This document shows, one piece after another, positions 44,928 through 54,098 of a DNA stretch of 60,717 nucleotides. Origin of the DNA: an uncultured Methanosarcinales archaeon (GTDB lineage: Archaea > Nanobdellota > Nanobdellia > Woesearchaeales > GW2011-AR9). The stretch lies in NCBI GenBank assembly GCA_964632045.1, contig CAZWBB010000007.1, positions 1 to 60,717 on the forward strand, written 5' to 3'. The notes below the pieces were generated by a model. It saw only the letters and a list, made by a program, of their open reading frames with translations, ran no database searches and was not told the origin of the DNA. How positions within the stretch are numbered: position 1 is the stretch's first letter; each line of letters starts with the position of its first letter. Both the position numbers and the translations under genes were made by a program.

Positions 44928-46916
44928 ATGAAAAAAATGAGTGAAGAAAATGAACATGGGGGACGTACTATTGAGCATACGCACCGCACTCAGCAGGCTG
45001 CCCTCCAGCCCATATATATTCCCACAATAGATGAGATCGCTAGAAGCGAGAAGAATTACGGCATCTTGTTTGTAGGTAGTGGACGCTATTCGGTCCGAAA
45101 GACAGAATTAAGATATCTTGACTTTGAATCATGCAGGATCTTTTCTATGCTTTCGCTAGGTGGCAAAAATGTGATAAAAGCATTACTTTCTTATCAGGGA
45201 GAAGCATATTATAGCAAAAAATCATCCGAAGAAGAATTGGGAAAAGTTAACAGTGTCTACTCTTTGTCGCAGGACGATATATTGTGGTGTCCGGATGAAG
45301 AGACAAAAAAGCAACTGGGAAGTCTGTATGAATCCTGCTTAGTAGAGCATAGAGGGAGCATTATTATCGGCTGTTCCTCTCGCATGTATGATATAACAAA
45401 TGAAGAGATTCTGGTTGACATGCCAAGAGGCTCTGATATCCTTGATCTGGCCAGCCATGAGGATGACCTTTTTGTCTTGACAAAGGATAACTTCCGATCC
45501 AGTGTCTGGAAGACAGACAAATCTTCCATGGAAGAAGTGTTGCTTTATGGAGAGCTCAACCATCATACTGCCAATCATGGGATGATCCTTCTTCCCTACG
45601 GAATATTAAGGGGTAAAAACGACCAGGATTATCCTCTATCTATTCTCAGTTGTGTTCATGGCAGATATCTGGATCTTAATGGCGAGTATGTCCGAAAATC
45701 TGAGATGCATTTTAATTATATAACGAACATAGAACTACTATATCATTCTGATGACATTGCAGAGATTATCTGCTCCGGTCATAAAAAGGGAATCTGGAAG
45801 ATGAAGATCGACTTGGAAGACCGCAGGGTTGTGGAGAAAGAACCCCTACTTGAATATGGGAAGTCTCTGACAATCTCTGCCATGCAACCGATAGGAGATA
45901 TCTGTCTGCACCAGAAACTTATTGAGCGAGGCAGAGACAATGAAATCAAGAGCCAACCATTCAGGACGCTGGAAAGTTGCAGCTACTTCAAACAACTCAG
46001 TAGCATACAACCGGCACGTCGGTCTGATTCACCCACCACCCCTGCTCGATCCAACCTTTTAGGTATTATCTACAGCGTCTCTGACCATTTTCTCAAGTAC
46101 CTTGATATGGAAAGCAAGGCTTCATATTATCTTAATCAAAGAAAAAGGGGGGATGGACCGCTCTTCAGTATTTTTCCCCATGGGGAGGAAGTATATTTCT
46201 CCAGGGCACATCACAAATTCTCTATCCATTCGCTGCTTACAAAAATGTCCCCAGTCATCAGAGAGAGTAGACCCGAGACAATGTGTTTTCATAAAGGAAA
46301 GCTCCTTGATGCGGGAGAACATGGTATCATGGACACCCTAAGGAACAAATCGCTTCTCCCATATGAAGCTTTATTCGAGAGAAAAGTTGGTAGAATCTTT
46401 TTCCTCCAGACAGATCAGGACGGTAACCTCTTTGCCTTAGTCCAAAACCATAGTGCAAAGACCGCAATCCATGAAGTTGAAGACATCGATGGGAAATACG
46501 TATTACAAGAGGAAGTGTTCCAGTTTGAAGATAGCGGTATCTTTGATAGGTTTCATTGTATCCCGTATGGAAATTGCATGGGAAAGAATGGGAAAGAATA
46601 TGATTTCACCATCCTCCGATACAAATCCCTGGATTCATTATATCTCAATGGAGATAAGATCAAACATACCGAAGGGCTCAGACGGCTGCAACCCTTCGAT
46701 CTGAAGGGGAAAATTCTAGAGGCAGTGTACCTTACTGAGAACGTAGAAAGCTTCGCAAAGGTAAAGATCGATCTGGACAAAAAAGAGATCGTAGATAGGA
46801 TCTCATTGGAGAAGAGGATCCCTTCTTCCCACGAAATCCAACCAGTGACCGATCAAACGCTGCACGAGAAGCTGCTCAGGAAAGGCCAGGAAGTGATGAG
46901 GTTGATGCGGGGATGA
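44928..46916 (+). CDS. Tandem two-domain beta-propeller-like protein
   Basis: Two ~320-aa homologous units ending MQPIGDICLHQKLIERG and IQPVTDQTLHEKLLRKG. Confidence 0.7.
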   Translation: MKKMSEENEHGGRTIEHTHRTQQAALQPIYIPTIDEIARSEKNYGILFVGSGRYSVRKTELRYLDFESCRIFSMLSLGGKNVIKALLSYQGEAYYSKKSSEEELGKVNSVYSLSQDDILWCPDEETKKQLGSLYESCLVEHRGSIIIGCSSRMYDITNEEILVDMPRGSDILDLASHEDDLFVLTKDNFRSSVWKTDKSSMEEVLLYGELNHHTANHGMILLPYGILRGKNDQDYPLSILSCVHGRYLDLNGEYVRKSEMHFNYITNIELLYHSDDIAEIICSGHKKGIWKMKIDLEDRRVVEKEPLLEYGKSLTISAMQPIGDICLHQKLIERGRDNEIKSQPFRTLESCSYFKQLSSIQPARRSDSPTTPARSNLLGIIYSVSDHFLKYLDMESKASYYLNQRKRGDGPLFSIFPHGEEVYFSRAHHKFSIHSLLTKMSPVIRESRPETMCFHKGKLLDAGEHGIMDTLRNKSLLPYEALFERKVGRIFFLQTDQDGNLFALVQNHSAKTAIHEVEDIDGKYVLQEEVFQFEDSGIFDRFHCIPYGNCMGKNGKEYDFTILRYKSLDSLYLNGDKIKHTEGLRRLQPFDLKGKILEAVYLTENVESFAKVKIDLDKKEIVDRISLEKRIPSSHEIQPVTDQTLHEKLLRKGQEVMRLMRG

Positions 46917-47866
46917 AAACTGCGAGAGACCAAGCGATTTATATCCCGACAATAGAAGATTTGGCCGCACCTGATCCCCATGGTATCCTTTATTGCTCTG
47001 TTGATTATTGCATTAAGTATCTGGACATCCAGAATAAGAAATCATACCGTATCAACAAACGGGACATTGATCCTGGTCCCATCAGGGCCATACTTGTACA
47101 TGAAGGAGAAGTGTATTTTGCACGGGGGAAAAACGTCTCTACAATCTTTTCCCTGTCCGGAGGCATCATTTCTGATGTGAGGGAAGAAGGAACCTGCACC
47201 ATGAGCCAGCAAAGAGGAAAAATACTTGATGCGGGAGAATATGGGATCATGGATTCTTTGAATGACATACAACTCATCTCCAGGAAGGCAATGAAGAAAA
47301 GAAACCTTGACGTCATTCTATCCATGCCGGTTGATGATGAAGGTAACCTGTTCGTTCTGGCAGGTGATGATAAAGGAGATTCCCGCCTGCTGGAAGTTAA
47401 GGAGAAGCATGGAACGTACTATCTAGCTGATGAGATCTTCAGGTATAACAATAAGCATGGGGGAATTTCCCAAGTTCACTTTCTTCCCCAAGGAAGTTTT
47501 CGGGGGGATAATGGCAGATATTATCCTTTCTCGATCCTCGGTTGTGCCGAGGGCAAATTTCTGGATCTCAATGGTAGAAAAATAATTAACACTGATGCTA
47601 ATGGGAGCATTCCACAGATCTATCAGATCGCACTTCTAAAAAAGACAGGTGAAATTTTGCAGGTAGCATATTGCGGAGCGGGCAATATGGGAATTCACGT
47701 AGCAAAGATCCACCTAAATGCAAGGAGAGCGCTCGAAAACACTATTCTTGGAGGACATTCCCCATGTGGTGCCATGCAGCCGATAATGGACCACCCTTTG
47801 CACCAGAAGTTGCTGGACCGGGGGAAAGAGCAGGCTCCCGCGGAACAGCGTGCCGGGCAGCAATAG
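46913..47866 (+). CDS. Beta-propeller-like protein, paralogue of neighbours
   Basis: IYIPTIEDLA start motif, ILDAGEYGIMDSL, YPFSIL, MQPIMDHPLHQKLLDRG. Confidence 0.7.
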   Translation: MKTARDQAIYIPTIEDLAAPDPHGILYCSVDYCIKYLDIQNKKSYRINKRDIDPGPIRAILVHEGEVYFARGKNVSTIFSLSGGIISDVREEGTCTMSQQRGKILDAGEYGIMDSLNDIQLISRKAMKKRNLDVILSMPVDDEGNLFVLAGDDKGDSRLLEVKEKHGTYYLADEIFRYNNKHGGISQVHFLPQGSFRGDNGRYYPFSILGCAEGKFLDLNGRKIINTDANGSIPQIYQIALLKKTGEILQVAYCGAGNMGIHVAKIHLNARRALENTILGGHSPCGAMQPIMDHPLHQKLLDRGKEQAPAEQRAGQQ

Positions 47867-47867
47867 A

Positions 47868-48770
47868 ATGGGAAAAAACAAACCATCCGACATCCATATT
47901 CCAACGGTAGAAGAAATAGCCGCACAGGAAAAGGTTTATGGGATATTGTTTCCTGACAAAAAGAAATTAATGTACATGGCTGGAGAAAAACTGTATGCTG
48001 TGGGAAGCAGTGAAACCCAAATTGAACTGGTTTTCCCTACTGCCAATGAAGTTTATTTTGAAACTGGCAGAGCGATACATGCTCTTTTTTCAGGATCGAG
48101 TTCCGAAAAGAGAATTCCTAGCATCTATGGCATACGGGAATTTCACGGCAGAATTATTGATGTTGGAATGTATGGTATCTATGACACGCTTGATAACCGA
48201 CCTCTGCTTTCCGAAGAAGAATTAAACAAACAGGGAATTCACTGTGTCTACTCGCTGGAACTCGACCAATCAGGCAGACTATTTGGTGAGATCCGCTATG
48301 CGGATGACCGAGACGCCCTGGTAGAGATCAGGGAAGACTATTCGATTGGAGATGAACTCATAGATTTCTATCAGAGCAATGTAAGTCAGATAGAACTCAT
48401 CCCCTGGGGGAATCTGAAAGGAGAAGACGGAAAGAACTATCCTTTCTCCACCCTGAGCTGTATCAATTCCAATTCTATATACCTGAACAGACAAAGTATT
48501 TCCATATCGTTGGCTGATGTTGGAGAATCTATCCAGTTTTTCAGGCATCCGAAGTTGGATGGCGACGAACTGGAGATAGAATATTTTGGACTGCCTTCTG
48601 AGAAAACCTGGACAGCCAGGATTGACCTGAGCAAGAGAATGATGATAGGAAAAGAAGAGTCTAAAGAAGATTGGGGGGATTTGTATTATTCCGTCCAGGT
48701 TACCAGTCTTTTACTGCATCAGAGATTGGTGGAGAAGGGGAAAATAACTAACCCGTTGGAAAATGACTAA
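47868..48770 (+). CDS. Beta-propeller-like protein, paralogue of neighbours
   Basis: IHIPTVEEIA, IIDVGMYGIYDTL, YPFSTL, LHQRLVEKG; start moved to ATG 47868. Confidence 0.7.
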   Translation: MGKNKPSDIHIPTVEEIAAQEKVYGILFPDKKKLMYMAGEKLYAVGSSETQIELVFPTANEVYFETGRAIHALFSGSSSEKRIPSIYGIREFHGRIIDVGMYGIYDTLDNRPLLSEEELNKQGIHCVYSLELDQSGRLFGEIRYADDRDALVEIREDYSIGDELIDFYQSNVSQIELIPWGNLKGEDGKNYPFSTLSCINSNSIYLNRQSISISLADVGESIQFFRHPKLDGDELEIEYFGLPSEKTWTARIDLSKRMMIGKEESKEDWGDLYYSVQVTSLLLHQRLVEKGKITNPLEND

Positions 48771-50715
48771 ATCACAACTAAAACCAAAACTGGACGAACT
48801 TAGAAGAGACCAGGAATTCTTCAGAGATTTCAATCTTGATGAGACCACGGGGATGACCATGGCCAATATCGATCTGCAGAGTTATGAACTGAACATCTCT
48901 TACAACCCGGACTGGCTGGACGTTGTCATGGACAAAAAAACAGAGCAGTATCTCCGGAAGAAGAACATTCCCCAAGATCAAGCCCTGGAAGTCCTCCTAT
49001 CAGATACATTTATCCATGAGATTGGCCACAGGGGGACAAGAAGGTATAAAGGCTGTCCTGCTACAGCACTCAAACTGGCTGAGAAGTTCATCACTCCAAT
49101 CCAGGAGGTTACAGGTTGGCAGGATAAGGGAAAGTTGCATAAATTCACTAACAGCCTAATTGATGACATCAACAATACCATTATTAAGAGAGTGAACAGT
49201 CAAGAGGGAATTACCGACCTGGCTGGACTTTACCTATTTTTCAAGGAGCAGGGCAAGTTGATGGAGAGAGAGGGGGGTGGCCAATTCCATAAGCTGTTTG
49301 AATCGCACGTAAGATTGAACCTCTACCTCAATGGAGACAAGCACGACCATCGATTGGTAAGAGAGTATCTTACTTATGATGAAGAGGTGAATGTCGCTAT
49401 CAAGAACTTCCTACACAAGACAGGCATCTCAGAAATGAAAAGGGGACTTGAACTGGGAGAGCATACAGTGTTTGTGAAAGACAAGGAAAGGATCCGAGAG
49501 TATCTGATGGACGAAGATAACTGGGAGAACATCGCTAAGATCTATGCTGAAGAGTTTGCTAAATTCATGGATGAGCCACCAATAGAAAGGCTGTTTGGAG
49601 CTGGCGGTTGTTTGGGGGAAGATGACGAGTGCCCTGGTGGGGGTAGCAGTGGGGCTGAGGGCAGTGGAGCGGCATCCGGTGAGGAAGAAGGAACTGGCTC
49701 CTCTGAAAAAGGTGATTCTGGAAATGACAACCGACCTGGAGGAAATGGAATGCAAGAGAGTGGGCAAGAAACTGGCCAGGAAGAAGGAGGTAAATTCCCT
49801 TCTGGCGATGGTTTTGGCGATGAACTGAATACTCTCATCATGAAGAAAAAAGTTATCGCCAATGGTATCAAAGCAGGCAAAGAACCGGGATGGATGACCA
49901 ATTTTGAATACCTTGAATGCCTCTATGAGATACTTGCGGAAGACAAGATCTTTGAGCTGATAGCTCCGAAGATGGAAAGCAAGATCTATCCTCTGATTGA
50001 TCTGAACGAAAGAAGTTTTGATTATGAGGAAGATTCTCCCAGGGATATCATCGGCTTCCATTACGACGCAGATAACAAAGGTTTGGAGCTTACTGTAGGC
50101 AAGTACAAATATAACATCGAAGCAAAGGTGCGAAAGGAAGTATGCAACCGTCCGGATCTAGTATTTGCCATGCTGGATACTTCCAGCAGTATGCAATGGG
50201 ACATGCCAAAAGGAGCACCTCTCGGAAAAGTGGTCAATCCTAGAGCTCCCAACGGGCAGCAGTGGCGGTACAACAGCAAATATCATGTCGCTTTAATCAC
50301 TTACTTCATGGCTGTGCAGAGGTTTGATGAACTGAATGTCCATGAAGCTGATGCTTACTTCGCAAATTTCAGCAGTTCCACGATCCTCAGCCAGGGGTTG
50401 AAGCAATCCAAGCTGGAAGCGCTGCACCCACAGTTTGGCGGGACGCAGGTTGAGATGAAAAAAGTAAGTGAGCTTCTTGAAAAAAGAAATTCGCTGATCT
50501 TCACCATCTCCGATGGGGAGATCGGAAACTGGGGAAACCTGTTTGGAAAGATGAAAGAGATCGCTGAATACAATCCCTGTTTCCACGTGCAGATCGGAGA
50601 ACACAGCGCTTACAGCAGAGGGCTGCTGGAGAAAGGACTCTTTGTCAAGCAGGTTATAGAAGAGAAAGAGTTGTATGATTTTGTGATAGATCTAACTGAT
50701 ACGCTTTATGGATGA
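48763..50715 (+). CDS. Zincin (HEXXH) plus vWA/MIDAS domain protein, MoxR partner
   Basis: FIHEIGH; Gly/Ser/Glu-rich linker; MLDTSSSM (DxSxS), GGT, TISDG. Confidence 0.85.
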   Translation: MTKSQLKPKLDELRRDQEFFRDFNLDETTGMTMANIDLQSYELNISYNPDWLDVVMDKKTEQYLRKKNIPQDQALEVLLSDTFIHEIGHRGTRRYKGCPATALKLAEKFITPIQEVTGWQDKGKLHKFTNSLIDDINNTIIKRVNSQEGITDLAGLYLFFKEQGKLMEREGGGQFHKLFESHVRLNLYLNGDKHDHRLVREYLTYDEEVNVAIKNFLHKTGISEMKRGLELGEHTVFVKDKERIREYLMDEDNWENIAKIYAEEFAKFMDEPPIERLFGAGGCLGEDDECPGGGSSGAEGSGAASGEEEGTGSSEKGDSGNDNRPGGNGMQESGQETGQEEGGKFPSGDGFGDELNTLIMKKKVIANGIKAGKEPGWMTNFEYLECLYEILAEDKIFELIAPKMESKIYPLIDLNERSFDYEEDSPRDIIGFHYDADNKGLELTVGKYKYNIEAKVRKEVCNRPDLVFAMLDTSSSMQWDMPKGAPLGKVVNPRAPNGQQWRYNSKYHVALITYFMAVQRFDELNVHEADAYFANFSSSTILSQGLKQSKLEALHPQFGGTQVEMKKVSELLEKRNSLIFTISDGEIGNWGNLFGKMKEIAEYNPCFHVQIGEHSAYSRGLLEKGLFVKQVIEEKELYDFVIDLTDTLYG

Positions 50716-50794
50716 ATGGTCGGCGTTCAGGAGGGCAGTGAATCAGCAAATCTGGCAAGAAATTGTTTGTACGAACTAGCCAAAATAGTGATTT

Positions 50795-50810
50795 GCGAAA
50801 GGTTTATATA
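50795..50810 (+). promoter_or_regulatory. Archaeal BRE-TATA promoter
   Basis: GCGAAAGGTTTATATA ending 28 nt before ATG 50838. Confidence 0.55.
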
Positions 50811-50837
50811 TTACTTATGGTAATAGTATTATTATCG

Positions 50838-51437
50838 ATGGTAATAAATAGATCTAGGGTCGAAATATTGAAACTATTATTAAAGGATCCTCTTATGAGG
50901 TACAGTATTAGAGAAATTTCCATGAAAACAAATGTAAACTACAGACTTACGCATCAGGAAATTATCTCTTTGCACAATCAGGGAATAATTTCTATTGAGA
51001 AAATGGGGCCGAGCAGCATCTGTTCCCTCAATATTGAGAAAGATGTGCCCTTGTACACTTACATCGAGAGTCTTAGGAAAGACAGCTTCCAGTTAAAGCA
51101 CAAAAGTATCAAAGTAATTCTCCACGAACTGAGAAGGATTTCAACACAGTATTACACACTTCTTGTCTTTGGAAGTTATGCGAGTGGTAAGGAGAAAAGA
51201 AAAAGCGATCTCGACCTTCTTTTTGTGATTCCTGATCGGTTAAGTGCCGTTAAGTTCGAACGTGAGGTGAAATCTCTTTTGCACTCCCTCAGCTACAAAC
51301 TCGATATCAATGTAATTACAGAAAACAGCCTCATGGAGATGAAAAATGCCACAGAACTCAATATTGTAAACGAAGTTATTAAAAATCATATAATTCTGCG
51401 AGGAGCGGAACAATACTTCCATCTGCTAGGAAAATGA
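50838..51437 (+). CDS. wHTH plus minimal nucleotidyltransferase (MNT, antitoxin-like)
   Basis: N-terminal HTH (YSIREIS..); VFGSYA..SDLDLLFV. Confidence 0.85.
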   Translation: MVINRSRVEILKLLLKDPLMRYSIREISMKTNVNYRLTHQEIISLHNQGIISIEKMGPSSICSLNIEKDVPLYTYIESLRKDSFQLKHKSIKVILHELRRISTQYYTLLVFGSYASGKEKRKSDLDLLFVIPDRLSAVKFEREVKSLLHSLSYKLDINVITENSLMEMKNATELNIVNEVIKNHIILRGAEQYFHLLGK

Positions 51438-52024
51438 TTACTGACAAAGATATTGAACAGTCAAGAGGGATACTACAGCAGCTTATTCAGGAAGGTACAA
51501 TAATTACAGCAGACCAGCAATTTGTTGACTTCTTCTTGACAAAGGCAGAGAGTTCTCTCGAAACTGCCCAAGCTCTCTTCAACATTTCCGAAAGGTTGGA
51601 GATGAAGAACCAATTACAGCTTTCTCAATCTTACGAAGCATATATGTGGGTAGTTAATACTGCTTATTACGCTATGTTCTATGCTGCAACTGCCCTTTTG
51701 GCAAAATTCAATCATCGTATCAAAGCGGAACAGAGCATCCATTCATTGACGTATCATGCTTTGGTGTACTACTTTCTGGATCATAATAAGAAATTGACCA
51801 AGCATGTCCTTGAACGGTATCGGGAGGCAGAGGAAGAAGCAGAGGAACTGCTGCAGATTGCAGAAAGAAAAGCCAGAGAGCATGTAGAGGTTGTGAAATT
51901 TGAATTGTCTAAAAGGAGAGAGTTCACTTATGAGATGGGAAAGATTGCTGAGAGGAATAAAGCGGAAACTTCAATCAAGAGGACAGAAGAGTTCTTAACT
52001 TTGGTAAAGGAAATCATACTGTAA
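51434..52024 (+). CDS. HEPN domain protein
   Basis: WVVNTAYYAMFYAATALL, H, RREFTY; ATGA-coupled to MNT. Confidence 0.8.
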   Translation: MITDKDIEQSRGILQQLIQEGTIITADQQFVDFFLTKAESSLETAQALFNISERLEMKNQLQLSQSYEAYMWVVNTAYYAMFYAATALLAKFNHRIKAEQSIHSLTYHALVYYFLDHNKKLTKHVLERYREAEEEAEELLQIAERKAREHVEVVKFELSKRREFTYEMGKIAERNKAETSIKRTEEFLTLVKEIIL

Positions 52025-52047
52025 CAATACACAAGTAACCTATTCCA

Positions 52048-53295
52048 TCAACCACCCAGATTATTCTTTCCCAAATCCCCCAAACTCACACAAACCAAGT
52101 CATCCAGTCTGACGTGCTTTCTGCCAACATCTTTAACCTGTTCAATGGTCAGTTGATCAAGGAAGTCAAGATGGGTGTTAATTCTTTGCATATCCCCTAA
52201 CAGCCAAAATTCTAATGCTGTCTTGGCTTTGGCCATGGTCGTTGAATTCTGCAAAACGTAACTTTTCTTTCGCTTCTCTATTGCGTCCAAAATGAAGTCC
52301 TCAGGTATTTTCCCTTCAGAATACTTGCTAAACTCCTCACCGATCAACTCTCTTACCCTGTTGTAGTCTTTTGCATCGCATGTAGCGTAAGCGACAAGAG
52401 AACCAGCGCACCTGTTGCTGTCGTAATAAACCCAACGGTTGTATGATATCGGCTCCTGGTTAAGAATCCTCTCAGACACTGATCTGGACAAAGATGATCC
52501 CAGCACAGTCAAAGGATATGAATCCTCACCACCCCAGGCTGGAACGAGTCTTCCCATCATAAGGTGCACATTGTCCAGCTCTTTTGGAATCACTATCTCT
52601 TTGGCTTCATTAGGCGGAAGAACAACCTTAGACACTTCATGGGATGGGCCATTGCTTTCCATTCCAAAGTATTTCTGAACCATTTCCTCAACTTCTTTGT
52701 AAGGCAGTGAACCAACTACAAATATATTGGTATTGGCAGGAGTGAACATCTCTTTGTAAAATTGCGCCACCTCACACGGATCAAAAGATTCCACAACTTC
52801 CGCAAAGCCGATGATCGGTCGTGCTAGGTCACATCCTGCAAATTGATTTTGGGTATAACTGTCCCACAGGCAGCTATAAGGGTCATCTGCTCTGTCTCTT
52901 ATCTCACTCAGGACAATCTTCTTTTCTTTCTCGATTTCCTGCTCCTCCATCCTGGCATCATACAGAACGTCAGAAAGCAATTCCAATGCAGATTCAAAAT
53001 CTTCCCGGACGACCCGCATACCAAGAGGAATATTTCCCTGCGTGGTGTGGCAGTACCATTGCCCGCCTAAAAGTCCAAATTCATTATAGATGACATCCCT
53101 TGAACCTCTTTTGGACGTACCTTTGAAGATCATATGCTCAACCAAATGTGAGATTCCAGCGTTCTCATCCGTTTCATAGAGTGAGCCCGCATTGATGTTG
53201 GCGATTACTGAAATATCATCAGACGGCGATTCTATGTAAAAAAGAGTGGCTCCGTTTTCAAACGTTTTCTCTTTAATTTGATATTTTATTGTCAT
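52048..53295 (-). CDS. M16 (pitrilysin-like) zinc peptidase
   Basis: GSLYE..GISHLVEHMIFKGT inverted HXXEH; EKEKKIVLSE. Confidence 0.92.
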   Translation of the reverse strand: MTIKYQIKEKTFENGATLFYIESPSDDISVIANINAGSLYETDENAGISHLVEHMIFKGTSKRGSRDVIYNEFGLLGGQWYCHTTQGNIPLGMRVVREDFESALELLSDVLYDARMEEQEIEKEKKIVLSEIRDRADDPYSCLWDSYTQNQFAGCDLARPIIGFAEVVESFDPCEVAQFYKEMFTPANTNIFVVGSLPYKEVEEMVQKYFGMESNGPSHEVSKVVLPPNEAKEIVIPKELDNVHLMMGRLVPAWGGEDSYPLTVLGSSLSRSVSERILNQEPISYNRWVYYDSNRCAGSLVAYATCDAKDYNRVRELIGEEFSKYSEGKIPEDFILDAIEKRKKSYVLQNSTTMAKAKTALEFWLLGDMQRINTHLDFLDQLTIEQVKDVGRKHVRLDDLVCVSLGDLGKNNLGG

Positions 53296-53439
53296 TAGTA
53301 TCCCTCGTTTTATTACAAAGACAGCCAGTATTTAAAACTTTTGCTACTAACAAGTAAAACTGTGGCAAAAGATTTAAATAAGAAAACCACTCCGTGCAAT
53401 AAAAGGGGGATTCTGAATAGTAATTAGGAGGAAAATAAA

Positions 53440-53979
53440 ATGGAATACGAAGAATTAGAAAAAATGGTTGGCGAAACTCCTCTAAAGGATAAAGTAGCCG
53501 CAATAGGTTCGTTGCTGCTGATGCACCGGCAAACTGATACCTTTATGCAAGAGTTTGCTTCAAGTGATGAATTCGAAGCAAAGTATGGAAACATAGAAGA
53601 AGAGACTGCTGACCTCAGTGTAAGGATAGTGAAAGATGGTATTGATTATACAGAGAAAAAACTTAAAGAAGAATTTGATAATAATGAAGTTCTGCAACAG
53701 GCTTTGGGTGAAAGAGCAGACGAAATTCGTGATGCTTACACAGGATTCGTCTCATCCTTCACCAGAGTAACGGCTGTCGGCCAAGGCTTTGCTGATTACA
53801 TACGCCATAGGATCAATGATATGGATGAGGACGATCTCGAAGGTGACCAATTACCAGTTGCCGTGGGCCAGATTGCTGAGGATTACGTAGGACTGTTGGG
53901 TGGTGGTGCAGAAGTAGAAACCGCTGTAGCTGCACTTTCTGTAAAGTTTCTTGAATTGACAAGGCCTTCGTACTGGTAA
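53440..53979 (+). CDS. Acidic helical hypothetical protein
   Basis: AGGAGG RBS; AAAGATTTAAATA upstream; short hairpin and T-tract downstream (53991-54013). Confidence 0.7.
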   Translation: MEYEELEKMVGETPLKDKVAAIGSLLLMHRQTDTFMQEFASSDEFEAKYGNIEEETADLSVRIVKDGIDYTEKKLKEEFDNNEVLQQALGERADEIRDAYTGFVSSFTRVTAVGQGFADYIRHRINDMDEDDLEGDQLPVAVGQIAEDYVGLLGGGAEVETAVAALSVKFLELTRPSYW

Positions 53980-54098
53980 ATTTGTACTTTCCGCCTTTGG
54001 TGGCCTTTTTTTTAATTTTTTACTTTTCTCTCTCATAAGTAGAAGACAAATACACTATATCCCCAAATTATTTATACTTCAGAGATATTCCTTCTGTT

